NCBI GenBank assembly: GCA_965238225.1
Contig: OZ250183.1
Coordinates: forward strand, 640,001-704,000
DNA: 64,000 nucleotides
Reading direction: 5' to 3'
Source of the DNA: Gammaproteobacteria bacterium
GTDB taxonomy: Bacteria > Pseudomonadota > Gammaproteobacteria > Eutrophobiales > Eutrophobiaceae
Shown: positions 13,090 through 27,321 of the stretch, one piece after another
How positions within the stretch are numbered: the first letter of the stretch is position 1
Layout of the letters: each line of letters starts with the position of its first letter
Notes under the pieces: model-generated
Database searches by the model: none
What the model was told of the DNA's origin: nothing
Seen by the model: the letters and a program-made list of their open reading frames with translations, nothing else
Program-made: the position numbers and the translations under genes

Positions 13090-13479
13090 ATGGCAAGTTC
13101 AAGCTCTGAGGGTCGCAAAAAAGTTAAGAGAACAGTGGTTAATGGTATGGCTCACATTCACGCATCATTTAACAATACAATTATTACGATTACAGATCGC
13201 CAAGGTAATGCGCTTTCATGGGCAACTGCTGGTGGCAGTGGGTTCCGTGGTTCTCGCAAAAGCACCCCTTTTGCAGCGCAAATTGCATCCCAGAAGGCTG
13301 GTGAAATGGCATTAGAATTTAGCATGAAGAGTCTCGAGGTTTTCATTAAAGGTCCAGGGCCTGGCCGAGAATCTGCAGTGAGAGCCTTGCATGCTGTTGG
13401 TCTCAAAATTACTAATATTACTGATGTGACGCCCGTTCCTCATAACGGTTGTCGTCCACCAAAGAAACGCCGTGTATAG
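13090..13479 (+). CDS. rpsK: 30S ribosomal protein S11
   Basis: [23 protein letters not shown]. Confidence 0.99.
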   Translation: MASSSSEGRKKVKRTVVNGMAHIHASFNNTIITITDRQGNALSWATAGGSGFRGSRKSTPFAAQIASQKAGEMALEFSMKSLEVFIKGPGPGRESAVRALHAVGLKITNITDVTPVPHNGCRPPKKRRV

Positions 13480-13498
13480 GACGAATAGAGTATAAATT

Positions 13499-14119
13499 AT
13501 GGCGCGCTATCTAGGACCAAAATGTAAATTAAGTCGACGTGAAGGAACTGATCTGTTTTTGAAAAACAGAGCAAGGCCTATTGACTCTAAATGTCATATT
13601 GACAAAATTCCTGGTGATAGAGGGGCACGGCAGAAGCGTTTATCAGATTATGCTTTACAGTTAAGGGAAAAACAAAAACTGCGTCGTATCTATGGCGTTT
13701 TGGAAAAACAATTCCGTTCTTATTACAAGGAAGCTGCAAGACGTAAAGGATCTACAGGTGAAAATTTATTAAGTATTTTGGAATGTCGTCTTGACAATGT
13801 CGTCTATAGAATGGGTTTTGGTGTAACACGTAATGAAGCTCGCCAATTGGTGAGTCATAAATCAATATTAGTTAATGGTAAAGGTGTCAATATTCCTTCA
13901 TTTCAAGTGCATACTTCTGATGTTATTTCCGTCCGCGAAAAGAGTAAAAAACAGGTTCGGATTCGGGATTCTCTGGCAATTGCAGAGCAACTTACATTTC
14001 CTGAATGGCTGGAAGTGAACACTAAAGTAATGGAAGGAACTTTTAAGTCTGTCCCAGAGAGAAATGAGTTACCAGCGGAAATTAATGAACAGTTAGTTGT
14101 TGAGCTTTATTCTAAATAG
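13499..14119 (+). CDS. rpsD: 30S ribosomal protein S4
   Basis: [22 protein letters not shown]. Confidence 0.99.
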   Translation: MARYLGPKCKLSRREGTDLFLKNRARPIDSKCHIDKIPGDRGARQKRLSDYALQLREKQKLRRIYGVLEKQFRSYYKEAARRKGSTGENLLSILECRLDNVVYRMGFGVTRNEARQLVSHKSILVNGKGVNIPSFQVHTSDVISVREKSKKQVRIRDSLAIAEQLTFPEWLEVNTKVMEGTFKSVPERNELPAEINEQLVVELYSK

Positions 14120-14171
14120 ATAGGCACTCAATATAGTTAAATACCAAAGTAAAAAAATAGGAAAAATAATT

Positions 14172-15191
14172 ATGTCTGCAGCATTTAGTGAAATATTAAA
14201 ACCACATCGCGTTGATGTAGTCTCGGTTAATAATTTCAGCGCGAAGATTACAATCGAACCGCTTGATAAGGGTTTTGGCCATACATTAGGAAATGCACTT
14301 CGTCGTGTATTACTGTCTTCTATGCCTGGCTGCGCTGTTACCGAAGTTGAAATTGATAATGTATTGCATGAATACACCACAATTGAGGGTGTTCAGGAAG
14401 ATGTGACAGATATTTTGCTCAATCTTAAAGGGTTGGCAGTCACCATGCATGCTAAAGATGAAGCAACATTAACATTAAAAAAGAGTGGTTCTGGTGAGGT
14501 TAAAGCTAGTGATATCACAGTCGACCACGATATTGAAATAGCAAACCCTGATCATGTGATTGCTAACTTGACTAAAGCAGGCGATTTAAGCATGAGAATT
14601 AAGGTGGTTAGAGGTCGTGGTTACAAGCCGGTAGTTATTGGTGGCGACGAAGAAGATCAGGCTATTGGTCGATTGAGACTAGATGCCTCATTTAGCCCAA
14701 TTCGTCGTATTACTTATGAGGTGAAAAGCGCGCGCGTTGAGCAACGGACGAATCTGGATATGTTAATTCTTGAGATTGTAACCGACGGCACTATAGATCC
14801 CGAAGATGCTGTACGTGAAGCAGCAGGTATTCTCCGTAGTCAATTGGCTGTATTCGTTGATTTGGAGGCAGAAGAAGCCATTGAAGCCAACGTCATAAAA
14901 GAACCTGAGGCTGATCCAGCATTATTGCGACCAGTAGATGATTTGGAATTAACAGTGCGTTCCGCAAATTGCTTGAAAGCAGAAAGCATTTATTATATTG
15001 GTGATTTAATTCAACGTAGTGAAGCTGAGTTATTGAAAACACCAAATTTGGGCAAAAAATCATTGACCGAAATTAAGGATGTATTGGCATCAAGAGATTT
15101 ATCATTGGGAATGCGTCTAGAAAACTGGCCGCCACAAAGTTTGAATGATACAAGGGAAAGGACTCCTGCCAGATTATTAGAGGGAATTTAA
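14172..15191 (+). CDS. rpoA: RNA polymerase alpha subunit
   Basis: [29 protein letters not shown]. Confidence 0.99.
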   Translation: MSAAFSEILKPHRVDVVSVNNFSAKITIEPLDKGFGHTLGNALRRVLLSSMPGCAVTEVEIDNVLHEYTTIEGVQEDVTDILLNLKGLAVTMHAKDEATLTLKKSGSGEVKASDITVDHDIEIANPDHVIANLTKAGDLSMRIKVVRGRGYKPVVIGGDEEDQAIGRLRLDASFSPIRRITYEVKSARVEQRTNLDMLILEIVTDGTIDPEDAVREAAGILRSQLAVFVDLEAEEAIEANVIKEPEADPALLRPVDDLELTVRSANCLKAESIYYIGDLIQRSEAELLKTPNLGKKSLTEIKDVLASRDLSLGMRLENWPPQSLNDTRERTPARLLEGI

Positions 15192-15193
15192 AA

Positions 15194-15601
15194 ATGCGCC
15201 ATCGTAAAAGCGGAAGACAATTAAATCGTAATAGTTCGCACCGTAAGGCTATGTTTAGAAACATGGCGGTGTCGCTGATGCAGAATGAAATAATTAAGAC
15301 AACTTTGCCAAAAGCAAAAGAATTGCGGCGTGTTGCAGAGCCATTGATTACCATGGCAAAAACTGATTCAGTAGCCAAACGCCGTTTGGCATTCTCACGT
15401 CTTCGTCACAGGAGCGTAGTGATTAAATTATTTAATGAATTAGGTCCAAGATATAAAGAGCGCTCAGGCGGTTATCTGCGTATTTTGAAGTGCGGTTTTC
15501 GCTCAGGCGATAAGGCACCAATGGCAATTGTAGAGCTGATGAATAGGCCTATTTCTGATGATTCGGCTTCTGATGTTCCGATTTCCGATGAAGAAGTATA
15601 G
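15194..15601 (+). CDS. rplQ: 50S ribosomal protein L17
   Basis: [17 protein letters not shown]. Confidence 0.99.
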   Translation: MRHRKSGRQLNRNSSHRKAMFRNMAVSLMQNEIIKTTLPKAKELRRVAEPLITMAKTDSVAKRRLAFSRLRHRSVVIKLFNELGPRYKERSGGYLRILKCGFRSGDKAPMAIVELMNRPISDDSASDVPISDEEV

Positions 15602-15797
15602 ATAAATCTTCAGTTTAGTTTATACAGATAATTGATAAACAGCAGGTAAATTTATTCTTTTTTTACTTACCCAAAGAAGAATAAATGAAAATGCATCCTA
15701 TGGATGCCTTCCTGAACATACCTTATGGGATTGTTTTCTAAAGTGTTAAGCTTGAGTGCTTACCTTCGGCATTCCTCATGTGTAAGAATCTGATAAT

Positions 15798-17246
15798 ATG
15801 CAATCAACCTATAAGATTAGCTCTATAATTTTTGGAGCATTAATTCTTGCGATAAGTTCTAGCGCACAAGGGGCTAATCTTGATATTTTGCCCAAAAAAG
15901 TTCAGAGTATCTTCAAGAAACACAATCTGCCTCATAATTCTTTGAGTTTATATTTCAAAGAAATAGGCGCACAACAACCTTTGCTTGTGCTACACGAAGA
16001 TTTTCCACGCAATCCTGCATCCAGTATCAAAATAATCACCACTTACGCTGCACTTGAACTGCTTTCTCCTGCTTATACGTGGCAGACTAATTTTTACTTG
16101 GATGGAACGCTGAGCAATGGCACGTTGGATGGTAATTTGATTATGCGTGGGGGAGGCGATCCGTTCCTAGTTAAAGAGGCTTTCTGGCATATTTTATTCA
16201 CCTTGCAAGCAAAAGGGTTAAAACATATTAAGGGTGATTTTTTGATTGACGATGAAGAGTTTGAAGACGAGACAGGCTCACCAAGTAATTTCGATAAAAG
16301 ACCTTATCGGGTATATAACGTATTCCCGGATGCTGCATTGGTTAATTTCCAAGCACATCAATTTCATTTTGCGCCACAAAAAAATGTTTTGCATATTTAT
16401 GCTGACCCTCCTGCAGCAACAATGAAGATAAATAATAAAGTGAAATTAAGCAAAGGTAGATGCCGAGGAAAGTATAAAAAAATTAAACATAGGGTTTCTA
16501 AACAAGGACAAGATGTAGTCGTTACATTTTCAGGAAATTATCCTCGTTCCTGTGGTCATCAACAGTTATTACGTACTATGATTCAAAATGATCAATATAT
16601 CTATGGTGTATTCAAATCATTATGGGAAGGTATGGGCGGAACCATTTCCGGGAAGCTTGGGAAAACCAAAATCAATGAAGAAAAACCATTTTATGTGGCT
16701 ACATCCAAGCCGTTGGGTGAGATTGTTGCTCATATCAATAAATACAGTAACAATGTAATGGCGCGCCAGTTATTACTGACGATTGGTAAAGAAAAATTGA
16801 AATCCGAAGACCAGGAAGGCAAGGGCAGTAAAATATTGGGACGACAAGCGATACAGGAATGGCTGCTCTCCGTAGACATACCAGCACCAGAATTAGTGTT
16901 GGATAATGGCTCAGGCTTGTCACGCAAGACAAGAGTCTCTGCGGCAACCATGGGTAAGTTGCTAGAGCATGCTTATTTTAGCTCTTATCAACCAGAATTT
17001 ATGGCATCATTACCGATGCTGGGCATTGATGGAACTTTACGTAAGCGTCTAAAAGGGTCTATCCCTGCGGGGAAAATTAGAATGAAGACTGGTTTTCTTA
17101 ATGGTGTAAGGGCGATGGCGGGATATGTGCGCAGCCAAAGTGATAAAAATTATGTTGTTGTTATGTTACAAAATCATCCCGGCATTCAAAACGGGGTTGG
17201 TACGCAGATACAGGATGGAGTTTTGAAGTGGTTGTATAAGAAGTAG
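15798..17246 (+). CDS. dacB: D-Ala-D-Ala carboxypeptidase/endopeptidase (PBP4, peptidase S13)
   Basis: Signal peptide; PASSIK (SxxK), SNN, DNGSGLS and KTG motifs. Confidence 0.93.
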   Translation: MQSTYKISSIIFGALILAISSSAQGANLDILPKKVQSIFKKHNLPHNSLSLYFKEIGAQQPLLVLHEDFPRNPASSIKIITTYAALELLSPAYTWQTNFYLDGTLSNGTLDGNLIMRGGGDPFLVKEAFWHILFTLQAKGLKHIKGDFLIDDEEFEDETGSPSNFDKRPYRVYNVFPDAALVNFQAHQFHFAPQKNVLHIYADPPAATMKINNKVKLSKGRCRGKYKKIKHRVSKQGQDVVVTFSGNYPRSCGHQQLLRTMIQNDQYIYGVFKSLWEGMGGTISGKLGKTKINEEKPFYVATSKPLGEIVAHINKYSNNVMARQLLLTIGKEKLKSEDQEGKGSKILGRQAIQEWLLSVDIPAPELVLDNGSGLSRKTRVSAATMGKLLEHAYFSSYQPEFMASLPMLGIDGTLRKRLKGSIPAGKIRMKTGFLNGVRAMAGYVRSQSDKNYVVVMLQNHPGIQNGVGTQIQDGVLKWLYKK

Positions 17247-17285
17247 TTAGTTTTCAGGCTTTTTCTCCTGTCTTGTGGCTATGTT

Positions 17286-17308
17286 CATTTGAACGTGCTG
17301 TTCAAATG
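17286..17308. terminator. Hairpin between convergent genes, possible terminator
   Basis: CATTTGAAC-GTGCT-GTTCAAATG, perfect 9-bp stem; no clear U-tract. Confidence 0.35.
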
Positions 17309-17387
17309 TGCTTACAATCATTCGTCTATTCGGTACGATATAAGAGAGGCAATCCTTTCACTAACGTTGCCAATCAACCGCGTATTT

Positions 17388-18050
17388 TTATATCGTTGGT
17401 TTTTTATCAGTGCTGGTAGAGCCTTCCAGTTGAAGGCGCTCAAAATTGTCAGAGTCTATGATTAGTGATGTAGTATTTATTATTCCATGCGTCTTGATTA
17501 AATCGCCCTTTTGCAAAGAATAGGCGTCTTCTTTCTTAGAAGAAGGTAGGGTTATGCATACAATCCCTCCTGATCTTTGGTTACATATAATCATTGCCCC
17601 GTCCATCCAATCAGATACCGAATAAACGGTGCCAGAAAAAACTACTGTCTTTCCATTAGTTTCTTTTCTGAGATTTGATTGTTCTTTAAACCTCCCATCA
17701 AGAGACTCAAGTTTATTAAAATAATCATCTATATTCAGTAATTGGTCTTGAGTTTGAGAGATTGGTTGCTTTATTAAAGGTTCTTGAATTGTAGTATTTG
17801 AGCTACTGATGTTCGAACCAGCTACACTTATACTTTCGATGGATTTATCTTTTGCATCATCAAAAAAGTCTGTTTTACGATATACCGCTGTAACTGTAAC
17901 GACCAACTCAATTAATAAAGCCAAGTACAACGGCGTTAGGTACTTATCTTCGATGGTGAAAACCTTAGTGATTCCAAGAAGTGTCACTACAGCTGTAACA
18001 AAGAAAATAAATAAAAATGTATAAAACAGGCATTTTTTCATCATTAACAA
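17388..18050 (-). CDS. Hypothetical membrane protein, two TM helices plus probable OB-fold (tRNA_anti-like) domain
   Basis: Two N-terminal hydrophobic segments; C-terminal GKTVVFSGTVYSV...LQKGDLIKTHG pattern. Confidence 0.6.
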   Translation of the reverse strand: MLMMKKCLFYTFLFIFFVTAVVTLLGITKVFTIEDKYLTPLYLALLIELVVTVTAVYRKTDFFDDAKDKSIESISVAGSNISSSNTTIQEPLIKQPISQTQDQLLNIDDYFNKLESLDGRFKEQSNLRKETNGKTVVFSGTVYSVSDWMDGAMIICNQRSGGIVCITLPSSKKEDAYSLQKGDLIKTHGIINTTSLIIDSDNFERLQLEGSTSTDKKPTI

Positions 18051-18241
18051 CTCTGGCTATATATTAAGAGATAACTTGTTAAATTAATGTATATAGGTTC
18101 TAAAAAATAATATGATAGAAACCTCTTTTTTTATTCGTTCGTGTCTGGCTGTATCAGTATACATGGTTTTATGATAACTACTCAGACGTTGGCTTTGGTT
18201 TCGTGAAATGTCTTGGCTTATTCATCCGTGACGACACCCAT

Positions 18242-19687
18242 TCATTTTAATTTTTCTTGCAACAATTGATTGGCTTTTTGTGGGTTGGCTTTTCCTTTAG
18301 ATTGTTTCATTATTTGTCCAATAAAGAATCCGATTAATTTTCCTTGTTTTTCTTTAGGGCTTTCCTGATATTGTTTAACTTGCTTAGGGTTCGCTGCAAT
18401 GACATCATCAATTAATTTCTCAATAGTGCCTGTATCTGTAACTTGTTTTAAGCCTTTTTTTTCAATGATTTCATCGGCATTTCCTGCGCCCTTACACATG
18501 GCTTCGAATACCTGTTTGGCCATTTTACTGGAGATGGTGTTGTCTTTAATGCGTTTTACCATGCCGCCTAACATTTCTGCACTAACGGGGCTTTCTGAAA
18601 TATCTGTATTATTTTTATTTAAACTTGCCAAGAGTTCACCCATTACCCAATTTGCACTTAACTTTGCTTCACCATCGGCGCTTTTTACGACGGTCTCGAA
18701 ATATTCTGCCTGATCACGATTGCTTGTTAAGACATCACTATCATATTCTGACAGGCCGTATTCGCTGATGAATCTTTTACGTTTTGTTTCTGGTAACTCT
18801 GGAAGTTCTGCTTTTATCGCCTCTATAGTTTTTTGATTCAAACAAACAGGAAGTAAATCTGGATCTGGGAAGTAGCGGTAATCATTAGCTTCTTCTTTGC
18901 TGCGCATGGTTCTTGTTTCGTTTTTATGTGGGTCATATAAAAGCGTTTCCTGAATGACTTTGCCACCGGATTTGATGATATCTATTTGACGTACAACCTC
19001 GTGGTTGATTGCTTGTTCGATAAATTTAAAGGAATTTAGGTTTTTTAGTTCAGTCCGCGTGCCCATTTCATTTTGGCCTTTGGGTCGTACAGAAACATTG
19101 GCATCACATCGAAATGAACCTTCCTGCATATTGCCGTCACATATTTTTAGATAACGAACAATGGCATGAATCTTTTTCAAATAGGCAATCGCCTCTTCAG
19201 CAGAACGCATGTCTGGTTCTGAGACAATTTCGATTAATGGCGTGCCTGCACGATTGAGATCGATACCAGTGTTATCAAAGAAGCCATCATGGACAGATTT
19301 TCCAGCATCCTCTTCTAGATGGGCGCGAGTGATACCAATGGTTTTCTTACTGTCGTTAGCTAGTTGAATTTCAATGCTGCCATTGCCGACAATCGGCAAT
19401 TCAAATTGACTGATTTGATAGCCTTTTGGTAGATCAGGATAAAAATAATTCTTGCGCGCAAAGACTGATTTATCAGCAATATGGGCATCCACCGCCAGAC
19501 CAAATTTGATCGCCATCTCAATAGCTTTCTGGTTGAGCACGGGTAAAACTCCCGGTAGGCCTAAATCTACGGCACAGGCCTGAGTATTTGCTTGTGCGCC
19601 ATAGGTCGTTGCGGCACTTGAAAATATTTTACTTTTGGTGGCAAGCTGGGCATGTATCTCAAGCCCAATCACTGGTTCCCATTGCAT
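18242..19687 (-). CDS. gatB: Asp/Glu-tRNA amidotransferase subunit B
   Basis: [35 protein letters not shown]. Confidence 0.99.
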   Translation of the reverse strand: MQWEPVIGLEIHAQLATKSKIFSSAATTYGAQANTQACAVDLGLPGVLPVLNQKAIEMAIKFGLAVDAHIADKSVFARKNYFYPDLPKGYQISQFELPIVGNGSIEIQLANDSKKTIGITRAHLEEDAGKSVHDGFFDNTGIDLNRAGTPLIEIVSEPDMRSAEEAIAYLKKIHAIVRYLKICDGNMQEGSFRCDANVSVRPKGQNEMGTRTELKNLNSFKFIEQAINHEVVRQIDIIKSGGKVIQETLLYDPHKNETRTMRSKEEANDYRYFPDPDLLPVCLNQKTIEAIKAELPELPETKRKRFISEYGLSEYDSDVLTSNRDQAEYFETVVKSADGEAKLSANWVMGELLASLNKNNTDISESPVSAEMLGGMVKRIKDNTISSKMAKQVFEAMCKGAGNADEIIEKKGLKQVTDTGTIEKLIDDVIAANPKQVKQYQESPKEKQGKLIGFFIGQIMKQSKGKANPQKANQLLQEKLK

Positions 19688-19689
19688 GA

Positions 19690-21144
19690 TTATTCAAACC
19701 CCTTGGGAGACTGCTGGTGCCAGTCTGTGGCCTGTTGGAATTTATGTGCAATGTTCAGCAGTTTTGCTTCAGAGAAATAATCGCCGATGATTTGCATGCC
19801 TACCGGGAGTTCTGTGACAAAACCAGCAGGCACAGAGACGGCAGGTAGCCCAGCCAGATTTACTGATACGGTGTAAATGTCTGACAGATACATACTAACA
19901 GGATCATCAGTGAATTCATTTAGTTTAAAAGCTACTTGTGGTGCGGTGGGTCCGATAATGATATCAACATTTTCAAGTGCCCTGCGAAAATCATCACGTA
20001 TTAAACGGCGAAGTTTTTGTGCTTTTAGATAATAGGCATCGTAATAACCAGCAGACAAAACATAAGTTCCGGTGATGATTCGTCGTTTCACTTCTTTATC
20101 AAACCCTTCAGCGCGTGATCGTAGATATAGATCAGTCAAATCTTCCGGGTCATCACAACGATGCCCAAAATGAACCCCGTCAAAACGTGCCAGATTAGAC
20201 GAACATTCTGCTGTTGCAATCACGTAATACGCAGGGATGGATAGTTCTGAATTCGGTAATTCAATTTCTTTAATATTTGCACCAAGATTCTCTAACTCTT
20301 TGACAGCTGTTTGCATTACAGACTCAATGCTGGCATCAAGTCGGTCATCAAAATATTGTTTGGGCAAGCCAATTGTCAGCCCGTCGAGGTTTGCATTGAG
20401 ATTTTTTGTGTAATCTTCAATAGGTTGCTCTGCTGACGTTGAGTCACGTTCATCAAAACCTGCCATAGCATTTAACATGATGGCGGCATCTTCAGCCGTT
20501 TGTGTCATAGGGCCTCCTTGATCGAGACTAGATGCGTAAGCAATCATGCCGTAGCGTGAAACCCTGCCATAGGTGGGTTTCAGGCCAGTTATTCCGCATA
20601 AGGAAGCAGGTTGGCGAATTGAACCTCCAGTATCCGTTCCTGTTGCAACAGGAACAAGTTTTGCTGCTACCGCCGCCGCCGATCCCCCTGAAGAACCACC
20701 AGGAACACGATTCGTATCCCATGGATTTTTAGTTGCACCATAGAAGCTGGTTTCGCTTGTTGAGCCCATAGCAAACTCATCCATATTGGTTTTGCCTAAT
20801 ATCACCATGCCTGCCTCGTGCAAACGAGCAACAACAGTCGCATCATAAGGAGCAATAAAATTATCCAGCATCTTTGAGCCGCAGCTAGTCTTTGTGCCTC
20901 TAGTACAGAAGATATCTTTATGCGCCAGAGGAATCCCTGTCAATGGCTTCGCATTACCACTTAGTATTTTTTTATCTGCAGATTTAGCCTGTTCTATGGC
21001 TTCTTCAGGTATCAAACTAATGAAGCAGTTTAAATCTGCATTATGTAATTCACATCGAGACAGATAAGATGATACAAGTTCTTCACTGCTGAATTCTTTA
21101 TTTTGCAATGCGCTGTTTAATTCTTTGATTGTTTTATTGTGCAT
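19690..21144 (-). CDS. gatA: Asp/Glu-tRNA amidotransferase subunit A
   Basis: Amidase signature [21 protein letters not shown]. Confidence 0.99.
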   Translation of the reverse strand: MHNKTIKELNSALQNKEFSSEELVSSYLSRCELHNADLNCFISLIPEEAIEQAKSADKKILSGNAKPLTGIPLAHKDIFCTRGTKTSCGSKMLDNFIAPYDATVVARLHEAGMVILGKTNMDEFAMGSTSETSFYGATKNPWDTNRVPGGSSGGSAAAVAAKLVPVATGTDTGGSIRQPASLCGITGLKPTYGRVSRYGMIAYASSLDQGGPMTQTAEDAAIMLNAMAGFDERDSTSAEQPIEDYTKNLNANLDGLTIGLPKQYFDDRLDASIESVMQTAVKELENLGANIKEIELPNSELSIPAYYVIATAECSSNLARFDGVHFGHRCDDPEDLTDLYLRSRAEGFDKEVKRRIITGTYVLSAGYYDAYYLKAQKLRRLIRDDFRRALENVDIIIGPTAPQVAFKLNEFTDDPVSMYLSDIYTVSVNLAGLPAVSVPAGFVTELPVGMQIIGDYFSEAKLLNIAHKFQQATDWHQQSPKGFE

Positions 21145-21255
21145 GAAATTCCGTAAATATTTATGACAATGTCTTTTTGTATTATGTTTATCCTGTAGCG
21201 TGTTTAGCTAAAGATCTCTACGGAGATCGTAGTCTTGAGGGTTTGACCTTCTTGT

Positions 21256-21543
21256 TTATTCAATAACCTTCGGAACAAGATAATAACCATTATCTACAGA
21301 CGGGGCACATTTTTGAAAATGTGTCCGCTGATTAGTTTCTGTGACTTTGTCACTCCTAAGTCTGGCGGTGAGTTCCAGCGGATGGGCAAGTGGTTCGATA
21401 TTATCTGTATCTACATCATTCATTTTCTTAACCAGCTTTAAAATGTTAGACACATCATGAAGGTAATTTGGGATATCTTCTTCTGCAATACGAAGACGCG
21501 CCAACCAGGCAATTTTGTTGATATCAGACTTATCTAGAGACAT
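21256..21543 (-). CDS. gatC: Asp/Glu-tRNA amidotransferase subunit C
   Basis: IAWLARL, YLVPKVIE; upstream of gatA. Confidence 0.97.
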   Translation of the reverse strand: MSLDKSDINKIAWLARLRIAEEDIPNYLHDVSNILKLVKKMNDVDTDNIEPLAHPLELTARLRSDKVTETNQRTHFQKCAPSVDNGYYLVPKVIE

Positions 21544-21848
21544 TCAATATCCTGCTATTAGTTTTATTTACCATTGGAAATTTATCACATTCTATCTATC
21601 ACTTGCCCAAAGTGATACTCATTGTTACAGTTACGGCATTAAGCAGGAAAGTTTCTGCAAGGAGCCTTGCAATTACCCTAAAATTAACCCTAAAAAGCCA
21701 GAAAATGAGTAAAATAAGCACCTTTGGTGATTCCGTAGCAAACGCCGCAATAGACCTTTTTCAAGCAGCTATGCCTAGGCGCTTGTTTTTAAGCTGAAAT
21801 TAGCCAAGCTTTTTCCACTAAAGCGTATCATATTTAATTTAACCATAA

Positions 21849-23817
<1,969 letters not shown>

Positions 23818-23829
23818 GCGAGACTGTAA

Positions 23830-24315
23830 ATGTTAAATAAAAATAACGGTGGCTGGATAATATTTATAAGCTTGCTAATTGCATTTATATTAACAGCTTT
23901 ACCTTTGCCTGCCTGGGGCAATGATTGGCGACCTGCTTGGGTTATAATGGTGTTTATTTATTGGTGTATGGCACTACCGCACAGGATAGGCATCGGGATT
24001 GCATGGTGTCTGGGTCTGTTTCTGGATGTACAACAAGGTGTCTTACTAGGTCAAAATGCCATGAGTTTGACATTGATCGCTTATTTTGTGTTTCAGACTC
24101 ACAAACGTTTTCGTATTTTCCCGTTGGTTCAACAATCCTGTCTAATCGGGTTCGTAATTATAATTTATTTACTTATTGCCTTATGGGTTAATAAGATTAT
24201 GGGAATACCCTCTCAGACATGGACTTATTGGATGCCCTCAATAAGCAGTATGGTTCTGTGGCCATGGTTGTTTATTATTCTTAGGGACATACGCCGCAAG
24301 TATCACGTGAGCTAA
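23830..24315 (+). CDS. mreD: Rod shape-determining protein MreD
   Basis: WRPAW...YWCMALP, hydrophobic; operon position. Confidence 0.96.
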   Translation: MLNKNNGGWIIFISLLIAFILTALPLPAWGNDWRPAWVIMVFIYWCMALPHRIGIGIAWCLGLFLDVQQGVLLGQNAMSLTLIAYFVFQTHKRFRIFPLVQQSCLIGFVIIIYLLIALWVNKIMGIPSQTWTYWMPSISSMVLWPWLFIILRDIRRKYHVS

Positions 24316-24334
24316 TAGTAATACTCGTCAAATT

Positions 24335-26188
24335 ATGGGTTTAAAGTTTACACTTAAAGATATTAAAGAGGAATCAAGACTCGTTCGTTTTCGTATTTAT
24401 ACTGCAGTGGTAATAATTATTTTATTAGTAATAATACTTGTTGGACGCTTGTTTTATTTGCAAGTGATTCGATATGATTATTTTACTACCTTATCTCAAA
24501 ACAACAGAGTTAAGATTTTACCGATTCCGCCGATCCGGGGACTGGTCTTTAGTCGAGACGGTGTTTTGGTCGCAGACAATCATCCTTCATTTAGTCTGGA
24601 ATTAATTCCAGAGAAAATTGAGAATTTGGACGAGACAATAAGCCAGATTTCCAGATTGATTGATATTGATGAAGAAAATATTAATCGTTTCAAAAAACTA
24701 CAGCAAGACGAAAGACATCTCGAGAGCATACCGCTTAAATTTAATTTGTCAGAGGATGAAATCGCACGTTTTTCTGTCGATCGACATAAGATTCCCAGTG
24801 CTAAAGTGATTGTTCGTTTTTATCGCCGTTATCCCAAGAAATCAAATTTGGTGCATGTATTGGGATATGTCGCCCGTGTTGATAAGAAAGATCTGCAAAA
24901 TATTAATGAGTCAGATTACCTAGGCACAACTCATATTGGGAAACTTGGTGTTGAGAAAGCATATGAAGATTTATTACATGGGCGTGTAGGTCATCAACAA
25001 GTTGAAGTCAATGCTCAAGGCATCATCATCCGTGTTCTTGAAAAAGCCTCACCAAAATCTGGTCAAAATATTCATTTGACCTTGGATCTTTCACTACAGA
25101 CTGTTGCAGCTAATCTTATGTCTGAGAAACGCGGATCGATCGTTGCTATGGATCCTGAAAATGGAGATATCTTGGCGCTTGTCAGTGCGCCCGCTTATGA
25201 CCCGAACCCTTTCGTAAACGGTATAGATTCAGAGTCATACAAGGTGTTACTGAATGACAAGGACACGCCTCTTGTCAACCGAGCGCTTAATGGCAAATAT
25301 CCTCCAGGTTCGACTGTAAAACCTTTTTTAGGAATCGCGGCACTCACACTCGGCATTAGAGAGAATGCTGAAAAAACCTGGTGTAAGGGTTGGTATTCAT
25401 TAAAGAACCATGAACATCGTTATCGTGACTGGAAAAAAGATGGACATGGTCATTTAGCCTTAAAGGATGCAATTATAGAATCTTGCGATGTTTATTTTTA
25501 CGCATTGGCGCACGATTTCGGTATAACTAGACTGAATAAAGCTTTAACGAATTTTGGCTTTGGCCGTAAGACGGGGATTGATATTGGTGGAGAATCACCG
25601 GCATTGGCTCCCTCTATCGAGTGGAAACGTCGAGTATTGAATCAACCATGGTACCCTGGTGAAACTTTAATCGCTGGCATTGGTCAGGGTTATGTCTTAA
25701 CAACACCTTTACAACTCGCCACAGCAACCGCTATCTTGGCTAACCATGGTAAACGTGTTTCTCCAAGATTAGTAAATAAAACAAGCGATCCTGTTTCAGG
25801 AGAATTCACAATATTGCCATTTACAACCCCGAACTATGTTGATGACTACAAAAAGGAATATTGGGATTATATTATACAAGCTATGGAAGGTGTCGTTCAT
25901 GGAGGGAGAGGGACTGCCAGACTCAGCGGCGCTAATGCTGCCTATAAGTTTGCTGGAAAGACAGGAACAGCACAAGTAGTGAGCATTGGGCAGGATGAAG
26001 ACGACGATGATATACCGCAACAGTTTCGAGACCATGCATTATTTATTGCATTTGCTCCTGTCGAGACACCTAAAATAGCACTGGCCATTATTGTAGAAAA
26101 TGGTGGAGACGGATCAGCAACTGCTGCACCTATTGCTAGGCAATTACTTGATCACTATTTGCTGGATGAGCATGGGAATCTTAAATGA
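24335..26188 (+). CDS. mrdA: Penicillin-binding protein 2
   Basis: PPGSTVKP, SCDVYFY, KTGTAQ. Confidence 0.98.
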   Translation: MGLKFTLKDIKEESRLVRFRIYTAVVIIILLVIILVGRLFYLQVIRYDYFTTLSQNNRVKILPIPPIRGLVFSRDGVLVADNHPSFSLELIPEKIENLDETISQISRLIDIDEENINRFKKLQQDERHLESIPLKFNLSEDEIARFSVDRHKIPSAKVIVRFYRRYPKKSNLVHVLGYVARVDKKDLQNINESDYLGTTHIGKLGVEKAYEDLLHGRVGHQQVEVNAQGIIIRVLEKASPKSGQNIHLTLDLSLQTVAANLMSEKRGSIVAMDPENGDILALVSAPAYDPNPFVNGIDSESYKVLLNDKDTPLVNRALNGKYPPGSTVKPFLGIAALTLGIRENAEKTWCKGWYSLKNHEHRYRDWKKDGHGHLALKDAIIESCDVYFYALAHDFGITRLNKALTNFGFGRKTGIDIGGESPALAPSIEWKRRVLNQPWYPGETLIAGIGQGYVLTTPLQLATATAILANHGKRVSPRLVNKTSDPVSGEFTILPFTTPNYVDDYKKEYWDYIIQAMEGVVHGGRGTARLSGANAAYKFAGKTGTAQVVSIGQDEDDDDIPQQFRDHALFIAFAPVETPKIALAIIVENGGDGSATAAPIARQLLDHYLLDEHGNLK

Positions 26189-27285
26189 GCCATTTTGAAC
26201 AACAGTCTCTCTTTCAACGATTTCATATAGACGTACCTTTGTGTTTTGGTTTGTTGATGTTGTGCGGTTTGGGTTTGACTATATTTTATAGTGCTGGCGG
26301 GGAGGATATTGGTGTTTTAATCCGACAAATTGTACGCATGACTATCGCTTTTGTATTAATGTTTTTAGTGGCGCAATTATCGCCAAGCACCATTGAAAGA
26401 TGGTCGATATGGATTTTTATCATAGGGATCATCATGTTAGTCATAGTGCTGTGGGTAGGGTACGCTGGCAGGGGGGCTCAGCGTTGGCTGGATGTTGGGC
26501 TCTTTAGATTTCAACCTTCTGAACTCATGAAATTAGCTGTGCCTATGGTTGTCGCTCGCTATCTTTCTAACAAATCATTGCCTCCAAGTTATGGTAATAT
26601 CTTTATCGTCGGGTTGCTCATCCTCCTGCCTGTTGGCTTAATTGCGAAACAACCCGATTTGGGAACTTCATTATTGGTAGCAACCGCAGGACTTTCTGTT
26701 TTGTTTATTTCGGGGATGCGTTGGAAATTTATCGCGACCTTCGTTGCATTTTGCAGTTTGTTCGCACCGATACTCTGGCATTTTATGCATGATTATCAGA
26801 GACGTCGTATTTTAATCTTGTTTGATCCGGAGCAAGATCCTTTGGGTTCCGGTTATCATATTATTCAGTCTATGATTGCCATCGGATCGGGTGGACTCTA
26901 TGGCAAAGGTTGGCTAAATGGCACGCAATCTCATTTGGCATTTTTGCCAGAGCGCTCAACTGATTTTATTTTTGCAGTCTATTGCGAAGAATTTGGTTTA
27001 ATGGGCGTGCTACTCCTGCTTTCTATTTACCTATTTATCATTTTTAGAGGTTTGTATATTGCAATGAATGCACAACAGACATATGGAAAATTACTGGCTG
27101 CAGCACTAACACTGACATTTTTTGTTTATGTATTTGTCAATATGGGTATGGTGATAGGTCAGTTGCCTGTGGTTGGCATCCCTTTACCGTTAATCAGTCA
27201 TGGAGGAACATCAATGGTTACATTGATGCTGGCTTTCGGTATTCTCATGTCAATACAGACGCATCGCAGAATATTAGCAGGCTGA
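26185..27285 (+). CDS. rodA: Rod shape-determining protein RodA
   Basis: GAQRW, FQPSE, QPDLGT, TDFIF. Confidence 0.98.
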   Translation: MSHFEQQSLFQRFHIDVPLCFGLLMLCGLGLTIFYSAGGEDIGVLIRQIVRMTIAFVLMFLVAQLSPSTIERWSIWIFIIGIIMLVIVLWVGYAGRGAQRWLDVGLFRFQPSELMKLAVPMVVARYLSNKSLPPSYGNIFIVGLLILLPVGLIAKQPDLGTSLLVATAGLSVLFISGMRWKFIATFVAFCSLFAPILWHFMHDYQRRRILILFDPEQDPLGSGYHIIQSMIAIGSGGLYGKGWLNGTQSHLAFLPERSTDFIFAVYCEEFGLMGVLLLLSIYLFIIFRGLYIAMNAQQTYGKLLAAALTLTFFVYVFVNMGMVIGQLPVVGIPLPLISHGGTSMVTLMLAFGILMSIQTHRRILAG

Positions 27286-27321
27286 ATACCCTGAATAATA
27301 ATTTTTTAATTATGGATATAT

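Noticed and set aside
21213-21228. GATCTC-TACG-GAGATC hairpin between gatC and gatA
   Set aside because: Single short hairpin; the stable tetraloop is on the non-transcribed strand.
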